From NCBI GenBank assembly GCA_963768305.1, contig CAVYHE010000007.1:125485-189484 (forward strand): a stretch of DNA of 64,000 nt. The letters are read 5' to 3'. The translations under genes were made by a program, and so were the position numbers. Shown here one piece after another: positions 62,075 to 64,000 of the stretch. Within the stretch, counting starts at the first letter, position 1; the number at the start of each line of letters is the position of its first letter. The notes under the pieces are model-generated. The model was not told the origin of the DNA and made no database searches. It saw only the letters and a program-made list of their open reading frames with translations. Origin of the DNA: an uncultured bacterium (GTDB lineage Bacteria > Margulisbacteria > WOR-1 > CAVSGV01).

Positions 62075-63118
62075 CTAATCCCGCGAGGACCCGGTGAGTT
62101 GAACAGAGAGCCGGACGCGGGCGAAGATCCCGGAGTCGATGGTTTGCGGCGCGCGCCATGAATCCATCACCGAGATCTGGTGGACGCAGGAAACCGTGCA
62201 ACGTGGCGCGCAGCCTTTTCTGGTGCGGAATTCGCGGCGGCGCTGCTCGGGCGTGTATTCCGCCGAGCGGAATTCCCGGGATAGCCGCGCTGCTGCGAGC
62301 AATAGTGGACCAGGCCGTCCTCGCAGATGTAGAGGTAGCGCGAGCCGGCGCGGCATCGCCAGTCGTTCTCGTGTCCGCGCGGCGATGTTGTGCTGGAAGC
62401 CGTTGACGCGCGTGAAGGAGCGCTTCCCCAGCGACATGATCTCCTCGAAAATTTCGTTTTCGCGCGGCGCCGAGCGGCTGCAGTTGGCCGTTGCCGTCGT
62501 GGATGATGCCGACGGTGGAGGTGAATCCCAGCTCGAGGGCGCGGTGGGCGACTGGTCAGCGCGTCTTCGGGATTGCTGACGCCGCTGCCGAGCACCGAGT
62601 TGATGTTGACCTGAAATTCCGCGTGCTCGGCGAGCAGCTCTCAGCTTCTGATCGAGCACCTTGAGGCTTTTCTTCGAGACGTCGTCGGGCTGCACGTTGT
62701 CGATGCTGATCTGCAGGTATTCGAGGCCGGCGCGATTGAGCCGCTCGATGCGGTCGGCCACGAGCAGGTAGCCGTTGGTGATGAGCCCGGCGATGATGCC
62801 GTGTCTTGCGAATGCGCGCGATGATCGGCGTCGAGGTCGGGATGCAGCAGCGGTTCGCCGCCGCTGATGGTGACGATGGCCGTGCCCATTTCGCCGAGGC
62901 GGTCGATGCGCCGGAACATTTCCTCGAGCGGCACCGGCTTGGAGAAATCGTCGAATTCGTTGCAGTAGGTGCAGGAGAGGTTGCAGCGGCGGATCGGGAT
63001 GATGTGCGACCAGCAGCGGGTGCCGCGTGGACACCAGGCCCTTGGCGATCATTTTGAACTTGCGCAGCTTGCGGTGCGCGGCGAGGAGTTTTCGCCGAAT
63101 TTTTTTCCGGGAGTTCAC
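62075..63118 (-). pseudogene. Radical SAM protein with a C-terminal Cys-rich (SPASM/twitch-like) region; multiple frameshifts
   Basis: [12 protein letters not shown] near 62950-62990, [36 protein letters not shown] and CAPRCTVSC are spread over different frames. Confidence 0.85.
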
Positions 63119-63219
63119 TAGAGCACAGGCCAAATCCAGCGAATTTGAGCGCAAGGAGCTACCATTATGCCATAGCAGCGCCAGGCTTTGGCGCGCGGAA
63201 GGGCGCTGGGTGAGGCCCC

Positions 63220-63867
63220 TCAGGCGGTGGCGGACTGAGGCGCGTCGAGCTTTTCGAGCGCGGCCATTTGCTGAAACACGGTCTCGACCACGAACTCATC
63301 GCCGAATTTGGTGTTGATCATCAAGTTGTAGAGGGAGCGGTTGGGCCACTCGGCGTTGAAATAGTGGCGGATGAAGGAGGCGCGCTCGCGGTCAATTTCA
63401 CTGATGAGCTGCAGCGCTTCCTTTTCGGATTTGCCGATAGATTTGAGGCGGCGGATTTTTTCGTCAATCGGGGCGTAGGTGAAGAGGTGGAAGGCGTCGC
63501 GACGGCTGCGAAGAAAATAGGCGGAGCCGCGGCCCACGATGACGCACTTGCCGCGCGAAGCGACATCCTCGACGACGTCGTGAAGAGTGGCGACCATGCA
63601 ATCGGTGTCGAAGGTGGTGCGCTCGGCGACGGGAAGCGAGCGTTCGTAACTGCCGCGGGCGTACACCTTGAACAGGCGATAGAGCAAATTGTCGACGCGC
63701 TCGTCACAGCGCTGCGCGGCGCGCTGGTCGACGCGGGCGACCGTGGCGATTTCGGCGGTGAGGTCGCGGTCCCAAAGCTTCCAACCGAGACGGTTGGCCA
63801 ACAATTGCGCGATGGCCGCGCCGCCACTGCCATATTCGCGCTCGACGGTGATGATCCGGATGGACAT
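63220..63867 (-). CDS. Cytidylate kinase-like family protein
   Basis: ITVEREYGSGG, IVGRG and YNLMINT. Confidence 0.9.
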   Translation of the reverse strand: MSIRIITVEREYGSGGAAIAQLLANRLGWKLWDRDLTAEIATVARVDQRAAQRCDERVDNLLYRLFKVYARGSYERSLPVAERTTFDTDCMVATLHDVVEDVASRGKCVIVGRGSAYFLRSRRDAFHLFTYAPIDEKIRRLKSIGKSEKEALQLISEIDRERASFIRHYFNAEWPNRSLYNLMINTKFGDEFVVETVFQQMAALEKLDAPQSATA

Positions 63868-64000
63868 GGTTGCCCTCGCGCCGCTGTTTTAGCGGACGAA
63901 TTGGGCCCGTTTGCACGACCGAAGCTGGCGATCAGGCCCAAGCCTCAGTAGCCAAAAGATACTCCGGGAGCCGGGGATTTTTCAAGCGGAGATGAAATTT

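Noticed and set aside
56778..63951. Numerous overlapping ORFs in the high-GC segment
   Set aside because: Expected from stop-codon scarcity at high GC; several are frameshifted pieces of genes already listed
56600..64000. High-GC region as a horizontally acquired genomic island
   Set aside because: Ordinary chromosomal genes with their own REP-like repeats, no mobility genes and a different error profile; a contig join is more parsimonious

Overview
The window looks like two unrelated pieces of DNA joined near 56.6 kb. Bases 1 to ~56,590 are moderate-GC chromosomal DNA (roughly mid-40s % by eye) from a probably anaerobic diderm bacterium. Gene content suggests the Saganbacteria/Margulisbacteria (WOR-1) group, but this is inference. 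This part holds comM-yraN-HU-rnhB-rplS-trmD-ylqD-khpA-rpsP-aroC, a short SMC, envelope proteins, metK, xerC, a yceD-rpmF-plsX-fab operon, tRNA-Tyr, tRNA-Thr-tuf, hisC and gcvT/H/PA. Bases ~56,590 to 64,000 are high-GC, Acidobacteria-like DNA with many frameshifts: a NodF/NodE-like ACP-ketosynthase pair, rmuC, a radical SAM gene and a cytidylate kinase-like gene. Most interesting observations: (1) an acyl-CoA dehydrogenase plus bifurcating-type EtfB and ferredoxin-fused EtfA inserted inside the fatty-acid synthesis operon, together with a Cys-cluster FabX-like flavoenzyme; (2) an SMC missing most of its hinge; (3) a tandem partial copy of tRNA-Thr whose anticodon arm is replaced by a 16-bp palindrome; (4) five genes with an identical leaderless signature (-10 box, 6 nt, start codon); (5) a 1380-aa beta-barrel-like protein with repeated inserted domains; (6) three micro-ORFs below the ORF-track cutoff. 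No CRISPR array, rRNA or transposase was seen.
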